The translations under genes were made by a program, and so were the position numbers. Shown piece after piece: positions 10,955-20,588 of a stretch of 64,000 bases of DNA. The notes below the pieces were generated by a model. That model searched no databases. It was given only the letters and a program-made list of their open reading frames with translations, and was not told where the DNA came from. The stretch's first letter is position 1, and each line of letters starts with the position of its first letter. The DNA comes from an uncultured Acidobacteriota bacterium (lineage in GTDB: Bacteria; Acidobacteriota; Blastocatellia; RBC074): contig CAWDDA010000015.1 in NCBI GenBank assembly GCA_963800895.1, positions 344,994 through 408,993 on the forward strand, in the 5' to 3' direction.

Positions 10955-11114
10955 TGCCGCTCCTCCGGAGCTGAATCGAGTTTTATTTCGTTGACTATAA
11001 ACATCCGGCTCCTCCGGAGCCACGATCAGCTTCAGAATCCTGAATTTGGCTCCGGAGGAGCCGGATGTTTATAGTCAACGAAATAAAACTCGATTCAGCT
11101 CCGGAGGAGCGGCA
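10955..11114. repeat. Unique perfect 160-bp palindrome (67-bp arms, 26-nt spacer)
   Basis: The left arm, TGCCGCTCCTCCGGAGCTGAATCGAGTTTTATTTCGTTGACTATAAACATCCGGCTCCTCCGGAGCC, equals the reverse complement of 11048..11114 base for base. Confidence 0.9.
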
Positions 11115-11149
11115 TACGTGGTCTCAACCAACAACCGACACTAGCAAGG

Positions 11150-11755
11150 TCAACGTTGCAATGACTGGTAACGGGATAACCGGAACTCAAGATGTCGTTT
11201 TATATCGGGCCATTCATGCGCGAGGATGCTGTAGATGACGCTGTCGCGTACTGTTCCGTCCTGGCGAGCGTGGTGGTGGCGGATCACTCCATCTTTTTTG
11301 GCCCCCAAAGCTTCAATCGCGCGCTGCGACTTGAAATTGAAGTTGTCCGTACGCAAACCAACCACTTTGCAACCAAGAGCGTCGAATGCATGCTGTAAAA
11401 GGAGTAATTTGCAACTGGTGTTGACGTGAGTGCGTTGATATCGCGTTGCATACCACGTGTAACCAATCTCGACGCGGTCAATCCCGGCGACAATATCGTG
11501 ATATCGCGTGCTGCCAATTATCGCGCCGCTTGAAACTTCACGTACTACCCATGGCAGCATGTGGCCATTCTTCTGACCGGCAAGCGCGTATGCGATGTAG
11601 GCTTCAGCCGACTCCGCTCCCGGGATCCAGGTGAACCACAATTCCCATAGCTTGCCATCTGAAGCGGCGGCAACCAACCCCTCGCGATGCTCATAGGTCA
11701 TGGGCTCCAACCTGACGCCGTGACCCTCAAGTGTGACAGGATGGATTTCTATCAT
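11150..11755 (-). CDS. GNAT-family N-acetyltransferase (RimJ/RimL-like)
   Basis: ORF 11150..11827. I moved the start to in-frame ATG 11755 (MIEIHPVTLEGHGVRLEP...) because the upstream codons lie inside a family S repeat. Confidence 0.7.
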   Translation of the reverse strand: MIEIHPVTLEGHGVRLEPMTYEHREGLVAAASDGKLWELWFTWIPGAESAEAYIAYALAGQKNGHMLPWVVREVSSGAIIGSTRYHDIVAGIDRVEIGYTWYATRYQRTHVNTSCKLLLLQHAFDALGCKVVGLRTDNFNFKSQRAIEALGAKKDGVIRHHHARQDGTVRDSVIYSILAHEWPDIKRHLEFRLSRYQSLQR

Positions 11756-11774
11756 GTCGAATTTGAGTAACCTT

Positions 11775-11846
11775 GCATGGAGTTCAAGCTTTAGCTTACT
11801 GGTATCATTATAGTGTGATACGAGCACTTAGGCTTGAACTCCATTC
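11775..11846. repeat. Family S core-only palindrome (ATGGAGTTCAAGC ... GCTTGAACTCCAT)
   Basis: Inverted 13-mers around a ~40-nt spacer. The core is the same as at 24962 and 29351. Confidence 0.75.
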
Positions 11847-11878
11847 CTGATTCTCATTGCGGACGGTACAACATACAA

Positions 11879-13480
11879 GTGAAATCCTTTGATGTAATCG
11901 TTATTGGTGCCGGCCATAACGGCCTGGTTACTGCGGCGTACCTGGCGCAGGCTGGATTGAAGGTTGGTGTCCTTGAATCACGAGAGGTTGTGGGCGGAGC
12001 CTGTGTTACTGAAGAAGTCTTTCCAGGTTACCGTGTTTCAACGCTCTCATATCTGTGCTCTCTGTTACAGCCGAAGATCATAAGAGAACTGGAACTCGAA
12101 CGGCACGGTTTTCATATCTATCCGAAGGACCCTTCTTTCTTCACGGTTTTTCCAAATGGGAGGCACCTCTTTTTCTGGGGTGATGAAGGGAAGACGGCCC
12201 AGGAGATTTCGCGGTTTTCCACGCGTGACGCCGAAACATATCCGAAGTATGAAAAAGAACTCGCCTGTCTGGCCGAATGGCTGGAAGGTCTGTTGCTGCG
12301 AACTCCTCCAAATATTATTCGCCGCGGAGTCAGCGACCTGGCCGAGTTCTTTCACCTCGCGCGGCACACGCTCAAACTTGGCGACGACGGAATAGTCCGA
12401 CTTGTCAGGGTCATGACTCAAAGCGCTCGCACGTTTCTCGACGAGCGTTTTGAATCTGATGAGATCAAGACCACCCTCGCAACCGATGGCGTCATAGGAA
12501 CCAATGGAGGCCCCTCGACTCCTGGAACAGCATACATCCTTCTTCATCATGTAATGGGAGGCGCGGCTGGTCCTCGCGGTCTCTGGGGTTTTGTGCGTGG
12601 AGGAATGGGGGCCATCAGCACTGCAATCGCAAGATCAGCGGAGACCCGCGGAGCTGTCATCCGCACCAACGTCCGCGTCGCCCGTGTCCTCATAAAGGAT
12701 GGACGCGCCTGCGGAGTCGTACTCGAGAATGGCGAAGAGATTCGATCGCGGATAGTAGTTTCAAACGCAGATCCGAAGCGTACCTTTCTTTCGCTGGTTG
12801 ACGGTGAACACCTGGATGATGAGTTCAGACGCGCGATCGAGAAATTCAGGTGCTCGGGAGCATCGATCAAAATCAACCTGGCGTTAGATGGACTGCCTGA
12901 ATTCACTTCGTATCCTACGAACGGCCCGGGAGACCCTCATCGAACGACGATCCACATCTGTCCGTCGATGGACTATATCGACAGGGCCTGGGAAGATGCG
13001 CTTCAGGGCAGAATGTCGCAGTCACCGATGCTCGAATGCACGATCCCGACTATCTACGACGACTCGATCGCTCCGCCAGGCAAGCACATAATGTGCATCT
13101 TTGCGCAGTACGCTCCGTACCATCTGCGTGACGGCATGTGGGACGGCGAGACAAAGGACCGCTTTGCCGACCGGTGCTTTGATCTTCTTGAAGAACACGC
13201 CCCCGGCTTCAAGCGTCTTGTCATTCACCGCCAGGTGATTTCGCCGTTGGACCTCGAACAGGAGTATGGTCTTACCGGCGGAAACATTTTTCATGGCGAC
13301 CTCGAGCCGGACCAGCTCTTTTTTCTGAGACCAGTCGCAGGCTGGGCGCAATACCGGACGCCAGTAAGGAATCTCTATCTCTGTGGGTCGGGAACACACC
13401 CCGGAGGTGGAGTCATGGGAGCACCCGGTCATAACGCTGCCCGCGAAATCCTTCGCGACTTGAGGCGCCGGCGAACCTAG
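11879..13480 (+). CDS. FAD-dependent oxidoreductase of the phytoene-desaturase (CrtI-like) family
   Basis: Dinucleotide-binding motif DVIVIGAGHNGLVTAAYLAQAGLKVGVLE. The listed ORF starts at TTG 11834 inside the repeat, so in-frame GTG 11879 is more plausible. Confidence 0.75.
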   Translation: MKSFDVIVIGAGHNGLVTAAYLAQAGLKVGVLESREVVGGACVTEEVFPGYRVSTLSYLCSLLQPKIIRELELERHGFHIYPKDPSFFTVFPNGRHLFFWGDEGKTAQEISRFSTRDAETYPKYEKELACLAEWLEGLLLRTPPNIIRRGVSDLAEFFHLARHTLKLGDDGIVRLVRVMTQSARTFLDERFESDEIKTTLATDGVIGTNGGPSTPGTAYILLHHVMGGAAGPRGLWGFVRGGMGAISTAIARSAETRGAVIRTNVRVARVLIKDGRACGVVLENGEEIRSRIVVSNADPKRTFLSLVDGEHLDDEFRRAIEKFRCSGASIKINLALDGLPEFTSYPTNGPGDPHRTTIHICPSMDYIDRAWEDALQGRMSQSPMLECTIPTIYDDSIAPPGKHIMCIFAQYAPYHLRDGMWDGETKDRFADRCFDLLEEHAPGFKRLVIHRQVISPLDLEQEYGLTGGNIFHGDLEPDQLFFLRPVAGWAQYRTPVRNLYLCGSGTHPGGGVMGAPGHNAAREILRDLRRRRT

Positions 13481-13521
13481 GCTCTGGGATGTGCTGACCA
13501 GCATCTTGATAGCGAAAGCAG

Positions 13522-14952
13522 GTGGCAATGCCGGAATTTCATGCCGAACCATACCTGTATCTTGCCGGCTTGACGCACAACGCTGCGCTGATTGCGTGGG
13601 GTGCATTCTATTTCAGAGTGCGCGGCCAGGGTCAGAACGGAGATTGGAAACTGGTGGATGACGATGATCTTGAACACGTCTACCCCCCTCGCAGGGAAAC
13701 GATTGGCGCGCGATCGGAACCGTTTGGCAAGGCTCGCGTCGAGCTCTTCGATCTTGCGGGAACGCTCATCACAACGGTTGAGACGACGACCGCCAATCAC
13801 GTCTGGGTAACTCAGCTCGAACCGGATACGGCATATCGATATCGCGTGATCGTTAGTGGTGAGGAGTGGGCAGCGGGAGAGCGGCGAGACTGGGTATCAG
13901 GGCCCGGAGGCAAAGGCTTGATGAAGAGCGGAAAGGCATACGACAACCGTTTCCGCACTTTCCCACATCCAAATATCTCAACCCCGCTCACCTTTGCAGC
14001 GCTCGGCGATTTTGGTGTGGGTGTGAGGAAGCCTTCGACATCAACGCGCAGACAGCAAGAGGTAGCGCTTGCTTTGGAGCGAATTTCGATAGAGCGCAAC
14101 GTGCGCCTCATCCTGACGACGGGTGACAATATCTATGCGCGAACGATCCTTGGCATCCCGGTCGCCTCTTCGGGTGATGAGGACGATGACTGGTTCTTCA
14201 CGTTCTACCAGCCGTACCGGTACATTATCAACCGCATACCTGTCTATCCGTCTATCGGAAACCACGATAGTGGTGAGTCCGAGGCGAGCGATGATCGCGA
14301 GCAGATGCTCGACAATTTTTTCATCCATACGCGCTTTTCAGGTGAAGAGTCTTCTGGAAATGCTTCGTTCGGTCCGGGTGTGTTCTACAAGTTCAGTTTC
14401 GGTTCTGACGTAGAATTCGTCTGTCTGGATACCACTCGTAAGTCGCCCTTTTCTATCGACCGGTTTTTCGAACATCGCACTCATCAACGGTTCCTGAACG
14501 CTGCGTTTCCCGTCTCGACGGAAAATGCGACCCACGTTCCGAAATGGCGTATTCCCTTTTCACACCATCCACCATTTACGGCCGGGCCAAACCATTCAAA
14601 CTCGCGCTCTATGAACAGGCACCTCGTTCCACTCTTTGAGCGGTCAGGCGTGCGAGCAGTCTTCAGTGGTCACGAACACAACTTCCAACACTCACATTCA
14701 GGGGGTATTGACTACTTCGTCACGGGCGCCGGCGCGAAAGTCAACATCCTGAATCCGTCGGACTTTGACACTGCTCACACGGTCTCCTGGTCGGCAGCGA
14801 GCCATTTTGTGCTTGTGGACGTGACCGAGGACACAATGACCATTACTCCCCTTGGTGAGCCGGATCCCTCGGGCGGCATCTCAGTGCTCCGAAGGCGGAC
14901 CCCACGGGGAGACGAGGTGGACACTCCGATAATTATTCGCTTCAGTTCTTGA
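13522..14952 (+). CDS. Metallophosphoesterase (purple-acid-phosphatase-like)
   Basis: 476-aa ORF with calcineurin-like motifs GDFGVG, GDNIY, GNHD and GHEHNFQH. Confidence 0.75.
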   Translation: MAMPEFHAEPYLYLAGLTHNAALIAWGAFYFRVRGQGQNGDWKLVDDDDLEHVYPPRRETIGARSEPFGKARVELFDLAGTLITTVETTTANHVWVTQLEPDTAYRYRVIVSGEEWAAGERRDWVSGPGGKGLMKSGKAYDNRFRTFPHPNISTPLTFAALGDFGVGVRKPSTSTRRQQEVALALERISIERNVRLILTTGDNIYARTILGIPVASSGDEDDDWFFTFYQPYRYIINRIPVYPSIGNHDSGESEASDDREQMLDNFFIHTRFSGEESSGNASFGPGVFYKFSFGSDVEFVCLDTTRKSPFSIDRFFEHRTHQRFLNAAFPVSTENATHVPKWRIPFSHHPPFTAGPNHSNSRSMNRHLVPLFERSGVRAVFSGHEHNFQHSHSGGIDYFVTGAGAKVNILNPSDFDTAHTVSWSAASHFVLVDVTEDTMTITPLGEPDPSGGISVLRRRTPRGDEVDTPIIIRFSS

Positions 14953-14995
14953 TATAATTAGGTGTGCCTTTACGAGTGCGGCATTGCGAGCGGGA

Positions 14996-15083
14996 TTTGG
15001 AGTGCGAGCGCTTGTCGCCGCTTTTGGTTCGCCTTGAATAGTCCGCTACGAAGAAAAAGCGGCGACAAGTCGCACGCACTCCA
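14996..15083. repeat. Family G palindrome (TTTGGAGTGCGAGCGCTTGTCGCCGC ... GCGGCGACAAGTCGCACGCACTCCA)
   Basis: Inverted repeat read directly; intergenic. Confidence 0.75.
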
Positions 15084-15108
15084 TAATCGACGCTGACCGC
15101 GCCTCGCG

Positions 15109-16999
15109 GTGGCCTGCCTTACGCTGCTTGCTCGACCGGTCAATCCAGGCTGGAACACTAAGCTTGATGGTCGAGTCCGCTTTTACCAGGCAACTGAGCT
15201 GGGAGTGCTCGTCGTTGGCACCGACAAGTCACTCTACGCTCTCGATGGCGAGACAGGTGACATTCTTTGGCGCCGAAAGAACGCAAACCTTGCGGAGACC
15301 GATGTGGCGCCGATACCGGGAACTGACCTGACATTACTGACGCTCGAGCGGGGAGGAAAGACGTCGCTCGAAGCCGTCGATCTGTTTACAGGGGAGGCTG
15401 TATGGCGAACCGACCGTGTTAAGGGTTCTGTCATGCAGATGGCTCTTGAAATGAGGTCGGAGGTGCTCGCGGTCGTTCTCGCGCGTGACATCAAGAAGAA
15501 GGATCACGAAGGACTTCGACGAGAGCCTGTTGTTTACGCTTTCAAACTCGGAACAGGGAAAGAGCTCTGGAATTACAAAGTCGAAAGCGACATTGAAATG
15601 ATGCCGTCCCGCTGGACCGAAGACGACGAGGACGACTCGGTCGAATACACGTTAAACAACTATCATCCACCGCTCTTTCTCGACGAACGCCTTTATCTGT
15701 TTTACGACGGTGTGACCGCGCTTGACGCTTCAACCGGCAAGCAGCTCCTTCGCGAAAAGTTCCGCGTGAATGAGGAGGGGCTGGCACTAACAGAAGCCGA
15801 TGCTGTATTTGATGAGCAATTTCTCTATGTCTCGGGACGCGGCCGCGTCCGCGCCATTTCAAGGACCAAAGGTGAGATCGCATGGGAAGCAAAAGATGCC
15901 GGCCTGACGCCTGAAATGTATCTGGATGGGACAAGGCTGTATGTTCGCACCGGCGGACAGTTCACGCGACTACGTGATGGTGAGATCGACGAGCGAGGGC
16001 CATTCGGTGTCACTGCCATCGACATCGAGAACGGGAAGACGCTTTGGAGATACAAGGGTGCTGATCGAGGCATTACGAACCTGGCCTTTGTTGATAGTTC
16101 AACGTTGCTCCTTGCAGACCGGGAAGAACTCATCCTGCTCGACACTGAAAAAGGCAAGACGTTGAAACGCGTAGAGCATAAAGTCTCGAAAGCAGCCTTT
16201 CTCCTCGTGAACGAAGAGCGCGCTGCAGTCGTTGGCGGGAGTAACGAAGTTAGAGCGTTCGACGTAGCGAGCGCAGCGAACGTTTGGCGCGCCCGTTATG
16301 ACCCTCCGGGTCGTGGAGCTGTGAGGACAATAGCCGCGATAGCAGCGCGTGCCGGTGCTCTCTACTTTCGCTATGGATCTGACCGTGACAACCGCAGCAA
16401 CCGTGGCGTCGAAGACTTTCCGCGCGGTCAATCTTGCTCAGGCTGGTTCCACGGTGCGCTGGTCTGGACTGGCTCGTGCCGCGCTTCCTGACCTGACAAC
16501 GCTCGCGGAAACGTCGGCGCGCAGATACGTTACCACTCGCTTCAGGGCGCTCGGTGTTGCATCTCGGATACAGGACGCAGCCCGCACCGCGCGTAACCTC
16601 CAGGAAACGGTTGAGCGGGCACGACAGCTCCAGGGATCGCTCAATAGCGCGCATCTGCGAGGCGTGATCACCTCTAACCTTTCAGCATCAGGTGACATCG
16701 AAGAGCGGTTGCTTGACCGACTGGATCCCTCCAGTCAACTCGAAAAGCTATCGAGGTTCCTCTGGCACAGAAAGCGTCTGACCGCGCTCAAAGGGAAGTG
16801 GATGTACTTCTACACGGACCTGCCGCGAGAGGGTGGCAAGGGTCTGGCTGGAGTGAACATCAATACCGGCGAAACGGAACGCGAGATCAAGTTGAGCGAC
16901 CCCGACTACAGGTTTACGACGGATGAGACGATCAACCTGCTCTATTCGGCTCGAGAAAACAGGCTCGCAGCCTACCCGATCGCTGGCAACACGCATTAG
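15109..16999 (+). pseudogene. PQQ-like beta-propeller repeat protein, one frame break near 16380
   Basis: Repeated blade motifs LYALDGETGDILWR, GKELWNY and GKTLWRY. ORF 15109..16491 continues in ORF 16349..16999. No signal peptide is visible at the listed GTG start. Confidence 0.65.
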
Positions 17000-17008
17000 G
17001 ATTGGGAC

Positions 17009-17154
17009 GCCCGGGAGCGCCGGGCTCCAGCCAGGCGCCTGGAGTTTGGCCATTTTTGGAATGCGCCTTACGCCGGAGGCGTACAAGATCGTAGCCAGGT
17101 GGTTGAGTCTTCCGAAACCCCTGGTTGCATTGTAAGAACGATTGCATCCCGGAG
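17009..17154. repeat. Hairpin cluster forming the left flank of the IS nest (family G hairpin 17009-17049; CCAGGTGGTT..AACCCCTGG hairpin 17094-17123; arm ending GCATCCCGGAG)
   Basis: Bases 17091..17154 are an imperfect inverted copy of 18861..18907 plus 20307..20321. Confidence 0.65.
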
Positions 17155-17207
17155 ACATCTGAGATGTTTTGTCAATCCAATAATCACTGGTCGCGCACTC
17201 CTAGCCT

Positions 17208-18482
17208 TCAAGCCGGAAGTGCGGAGCCATTGATGTTTCTTGCCAACGGTGACCCGTGCCGTACCAGTGTCGTCTGGTAGGTCTGCTCGTTGTAAGGAAC
17301 TCTGTCCATCCAGCAGCGGTAGATTATCCGAATCCATTTGAAAGCCAGAGCCCGGAGTGCAGCGTTGTGGACTTGTGCCACGGTTGCGGCAGGCCTTGGT
17401 AATATGCTCTCGCCCATTCCGATTGCACGAATGGACTGCTTGGCATATTCCACAAATGTTTGATGGAAGAACTGTGGACAGGCGAACCTTCTGTGCACCC
17501 AGTTTGATTTCCCGCTTCGCTCTGTGACTGGAGCGATTCCAGAAAACTCTTGGATCTCCTCAGGTGATGCATATCGGGACTCGGTCTGTCCCATGACTGC
17601 ACACAATCGCGGTGCCAGGACCTTTCCAGCACCAGGAAAGCTCGCGAAGAGGTCTTGATCCGGGTGCAAGGCAAACAGCTGCTCAATTCGCTCTTGGAAC
17701 TCATTGATTGACTCGCTAAGCAATCTCACTTCTCGGGCTGTTGTTCGAACCATCATAACCGATTGACCGGAGAACTGGCACCGTCAGTTGTTAGCGTTCT
17801 CGACTTACTTATTTCCCGCAGCAGCCTCTGGATTGTCTTACGCCAGCGCCCCTGGTGTGAAAAGAACTTCCTCAGGACTTCGGGACCGGCCGCTTTTATC
17901 TCATCCAAACTGGACCAGGTTTCAAGAAATTCGCAAGCCTTGACCTCATCCGAATCCCCAGCCCACTTCAAAGCCTGCGGAAAATACGACTTAAGCCACT
18001 CGGTCAATTGCTGGGTGTGCCGTGTCCTCTCGTCAACCAGCATTGCGTCGATACTCGACCATCATCCGAAGCTCTCGCACCTGCTTCATCTTCTGGATTC
18101 CACGCTCTGAGCCTGTCTCGATGCTTGGTTACCAGTTCGAGCAACAAATCCGCATCTGTCGGGTCATCCTTGGCCTTGCTCGGTCGAAGTGCCTCCCGAA
18201 ACTTGGCAAGTGATTTTGGGTTGATCGGATAAAGCACTACGAAGTCATAGGTCATCAGAGCGTAGACCACCGCTCCCCGTCTCTGCTCTATCGCTATCGC
18301 AATCTTCCTGTTCCCAAATCGTTCACGTTGCTTGTCAACCCATTCGTGTAGAGCATTCGGGTCCTGACTGATCCTGTAGTTAGCTCGACCTCTCCCGAAT
18401 CTGTTAGAAGCTGTACCTCGTGTGACTGATCTGCCCAGTCCCATCCTACGAATGCTGCCAACTCACTGTTCTCTCTGCTCAT
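17208..18482 (-). pseudogene. IS110-family transposase, at least 4 frame breaks
   Basis: Pieces in four frames: MSRENSELAAFVGWDWADQSHEV.., ..IAIAIEQRRGAVVYALMTYDFVVLYPINPKSLAKFREALRPSKAKDDPTDADLL.., ..QVRELRMMVEYRRN / LVDERTRHTQQLTEWLKSYFPQAL.., and the C-terminal ..FPGAGKVLAPRLCAVMGQ..FSGIAPVTERSGKS... Breaks are near 18385, 18095, 18045 and 17755. Confidence 0.8.
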
Positions 18483-18743
18483 TCATTGCCTTCACCTCCA
18501 TCGCAATTCTGCTGAGACCACGCTTGGATTCGGTCGGCGCAAGCCTTATATTGAGTCTTCAAGAGACGACATCTGAGTGATGCGTTTCAACCGAACCGCT
18601 TCGTCCCGTTCGAATGTCTCCAGTAAACCGTCAACGCGGTCGGGTGCAATATTCGTAACGGGACGATGCGCGGTTCGGAGCCTAATCTGCACCTTTGGCC
18701 TCATCGTGTCCATTCTATTAGTCAGTCCCGAAGGCGTCTCTAC

Positions 18744-18790
18744 GTGGAGGTTTGGAGGAGGGGGCTGCCACCCCTCCTCCAAACCTCCAC
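18744..18790. other. Perfect 20-bp stem / 7-nt loop hairpin inside the IS110 leader
   Basis: GTGGAGGTTTGGAGGAGGGG gctgcca CCCCTCCTCCAAACCTCCAC. Confidence 0.85.
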
Positions 18791-18907
18791 CCCGCCCAAA
18801 AACACATATAAGGGATGCAAGAAACGGATCTTGTAAAAGATGTCGTCTTTTCTCGAATCCCTCCGGGATGCAACGGTCACTTGAATCGATCCCGGGGTTT
18901 CGAAGAC

Positions 18908-20300
18908 TGTTTAGCCCGGAGACATGGTGGAGCACATGTTCGGAGACATGGTGGACACATTTTAAACATCAGTCTTCAGGCTGCCTGAGGTCAAGAGAAG
19001 CGATCCTCTGATGGAGGAAAAAGACTTCAAGCAGACCGTCCGTAGTGGTCGGGCGAAGGGCAACGTGGAGACCACGAAAGGCTTCGCCGATGAAATGTCG
19101 ACGGTTCTGGAACGAGATGTAACCCGTCCCTTCGACTTTGCGCACGATTTCGCCGGCCGGATATTCGATTGGCGGCAAACACTCCGGGAAAGGGCGCACA
19201 CTGGGTTGATAGCGTGAAACAGGAGTCGCCAAGCCGAGCGCTTCGTGTGGACGCTCGCAGTTATAGATATCGCGCCAGCGGTCGAACTCCGGTTGACATT
19301 GAACGAGAGAGCGCCACGCGTGATCGCGGAGCAGCTCCAACTTAAGAGTGCGATGGAAGCGTTCATTCTTGCCGTTGGTTTGCGGATGATGTGGACGCGA
19401 GAATGAGACGCGAATGCCGAGGCGAAGTAACCAGAGACTGAACTGTGTCCAATGACGCTGGGCTCTGACAAAGGCACACCAGGGGGTGCCGTTATCCATA
19501 TTCATCCGGTAGGGCAAGCCGTAGCGGCGAAAGACTTGGGTGAGAGCTTGCTCGACAGTCTTGGTAGTCTGATTGTCACAAGCTACTAACCCAGCGGCAA
19601 AGCGGGAGTTATCATCGAGGACCGTGAGCGGGTAGCAACGGCCTTTTTCGAGCGCGAAGTGACCTTTGAAGTCCATCTGCCAGAGATCATTTGGGCGTGG
19701 ATGTTCAAACCGCTGCCAAGGCTGGTGCTGTTCACTAGCCTCAGGTGTAATCAATTGATGACGATGCAGAATGGCAGTGATCGTACTCGGAGCGGGACCT
19801 TGTCGATGCAAGAGCTTCTCCAATGGAGCCCGCAGTTTTCGCCCACCCCACGCGGGGTGTTGGTGACGGAGTTTGACAACCAATTGTTCCACCTCATCGC
19901 TGCTGCGGCGCGGAGAGTTTATCGGGCGACGCGATCGGTCTTTCAAGCCGGCGAGACTTTCGGTTTGGTAACGGGACAACCACTTGTAACCAGTGGTGGG
20001 GCTAATGCCAAAGCGACGACACAAAGTTCGTATATTGGCACCTTCGGCACTGGCCAAGCGCACGAATTCAGTTCTCAGAGACATGATAGAACTTGCTTCC
20101 CAGGGCATCTTTGCTTTCCTCCTTCCGTGAAGAAGCATACCCTTCTATTTGGAATATCCGATGCCAGGCACGTGGGGGCGCTGCCGCCCCCCACACCCCC
20201 CGGCCCGGGTCCCCTCCTGATAGAAGAAGACCGCGAGAGCGGGTGGAAAAGTGTCCACCATGTCTCCGAACATGTGTCCACCATGTCTCCGGGCTAAACA
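18908..20300 (-). mobile_element. Complete IS481-family insertion sequence
   Basis: Terminal inverted repeats: TGTTTAGCCCGGAGACATGGTGGAGCACATGTTCGGAGACATGGTGGACAC (18908-18958) against the reverse complement of 20251-20300, with one 1-nt indel. The ends are TG...CA. GAAGAC is duplicated at 18902-18907 and 20301-20306. Confidence 0.9.
18969..20138 (-). CDS. IS481-family DDE transposase (rve integrase core), intact
   Basis: 389-aa ORF with an HTH region ANIRTLCRRFGISPTTGYKWLSRY and a DDE core LWQMDFKG...VLDDNSR...NGTPW...HPQTNGKNERFHRTLK. The true start may be an internal Met (MPWEAS or MSLRTEF). Confidence 0.9.
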   Translation of the reverse strand: MLLHGRRKAKMPWEASSIMSLRTEFVRLASAEGANIRTLCRRFGISPTTGYKWLSRYQTESLAGLKDRSRRPINSPRRSSDEVEQLVVKLRHQHPAWGGRKLRAPLEKLLHRQGPAPSTITAILHRHQLITPEASEQHQPWQRFEHPRPNDLWQMDFKGHFALEKGRCYPLTVLDDNSRFAAGLVACDNQTTKTVEQALTQVFRRYGLPYRMNMDNGTPWCAFVRAQRHWTQFSLWLLRLGIRVSFSRPHHPQTNGKNERFHRTLKLELLRDHAWRSLVQCQPEFDRWRDIYNCERPHEALGLATPVSRYQPSVRPFPECLPPIEYPAGEIVRKVEGTGYISFQNRRHFIGEAFRGLHVALRPTTTDGLLEVFFLHQRIASLDLRQPED

Positions 20301-20588
20301 GAAGACTCAACCCCGGGCTACGTTCTCACACCGCTCCGCGGTTGCTTCGCAGCGCCTGCGCCAGGCTTCAGCCCGGCGCATCATCAAGACCAAAGTTTCG
20401 GCGACACCACGCTCCAGGCTGGAGCCTGGCGCTCCCGGGTCGCGAGCATTCTGACCCCTGGTCTGATAAGCTCTCCGCTGCAAGTCCATGAGCCGTGATC
20501 CGAGGGAGCCCGTTATCAAACCCATCGACAGTAAGGATCACGTTCAGCATCAAACCAGGGCAGTGATACGCTGCAAGGAGCAAGCGAA

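Larger units (their letters stand above)
17155..18860 (-). mobile_element. IS110-family-like insertion unit (boundaries approximate)
   Basis: A ~1.7-kb segment between the inverted arms. It contains a DEDD-type transposase gene and a ~378-nt non-coding 5' leader. Confidence 0.6.

Noticed and set aside
18546-19011. ORFs 18546..18935(-) and 18577..19011(+) between the two IS transposase genes.
   Set aside because: They span the IS110 leader hairpin, host hairpin remnants and the IS481 terminal repeat. Their translations are low complexity (GGGCHPSS, PPPRPK), so they are most likely non-coding.
20160-20215. GC-rich hairpin-like string inside IS481 (GTGGGGGCGCTGCCGCCCCCCAC) that resembles the IS110 leader hairpin loop (GCTGCC).
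   Set aside because: The similarity is limited to a short G/C-rich motif. It lies in the IS481 upstream/5' region and could simply be a promoter-proximal structure. The evidence is insufficient to link the two elements.
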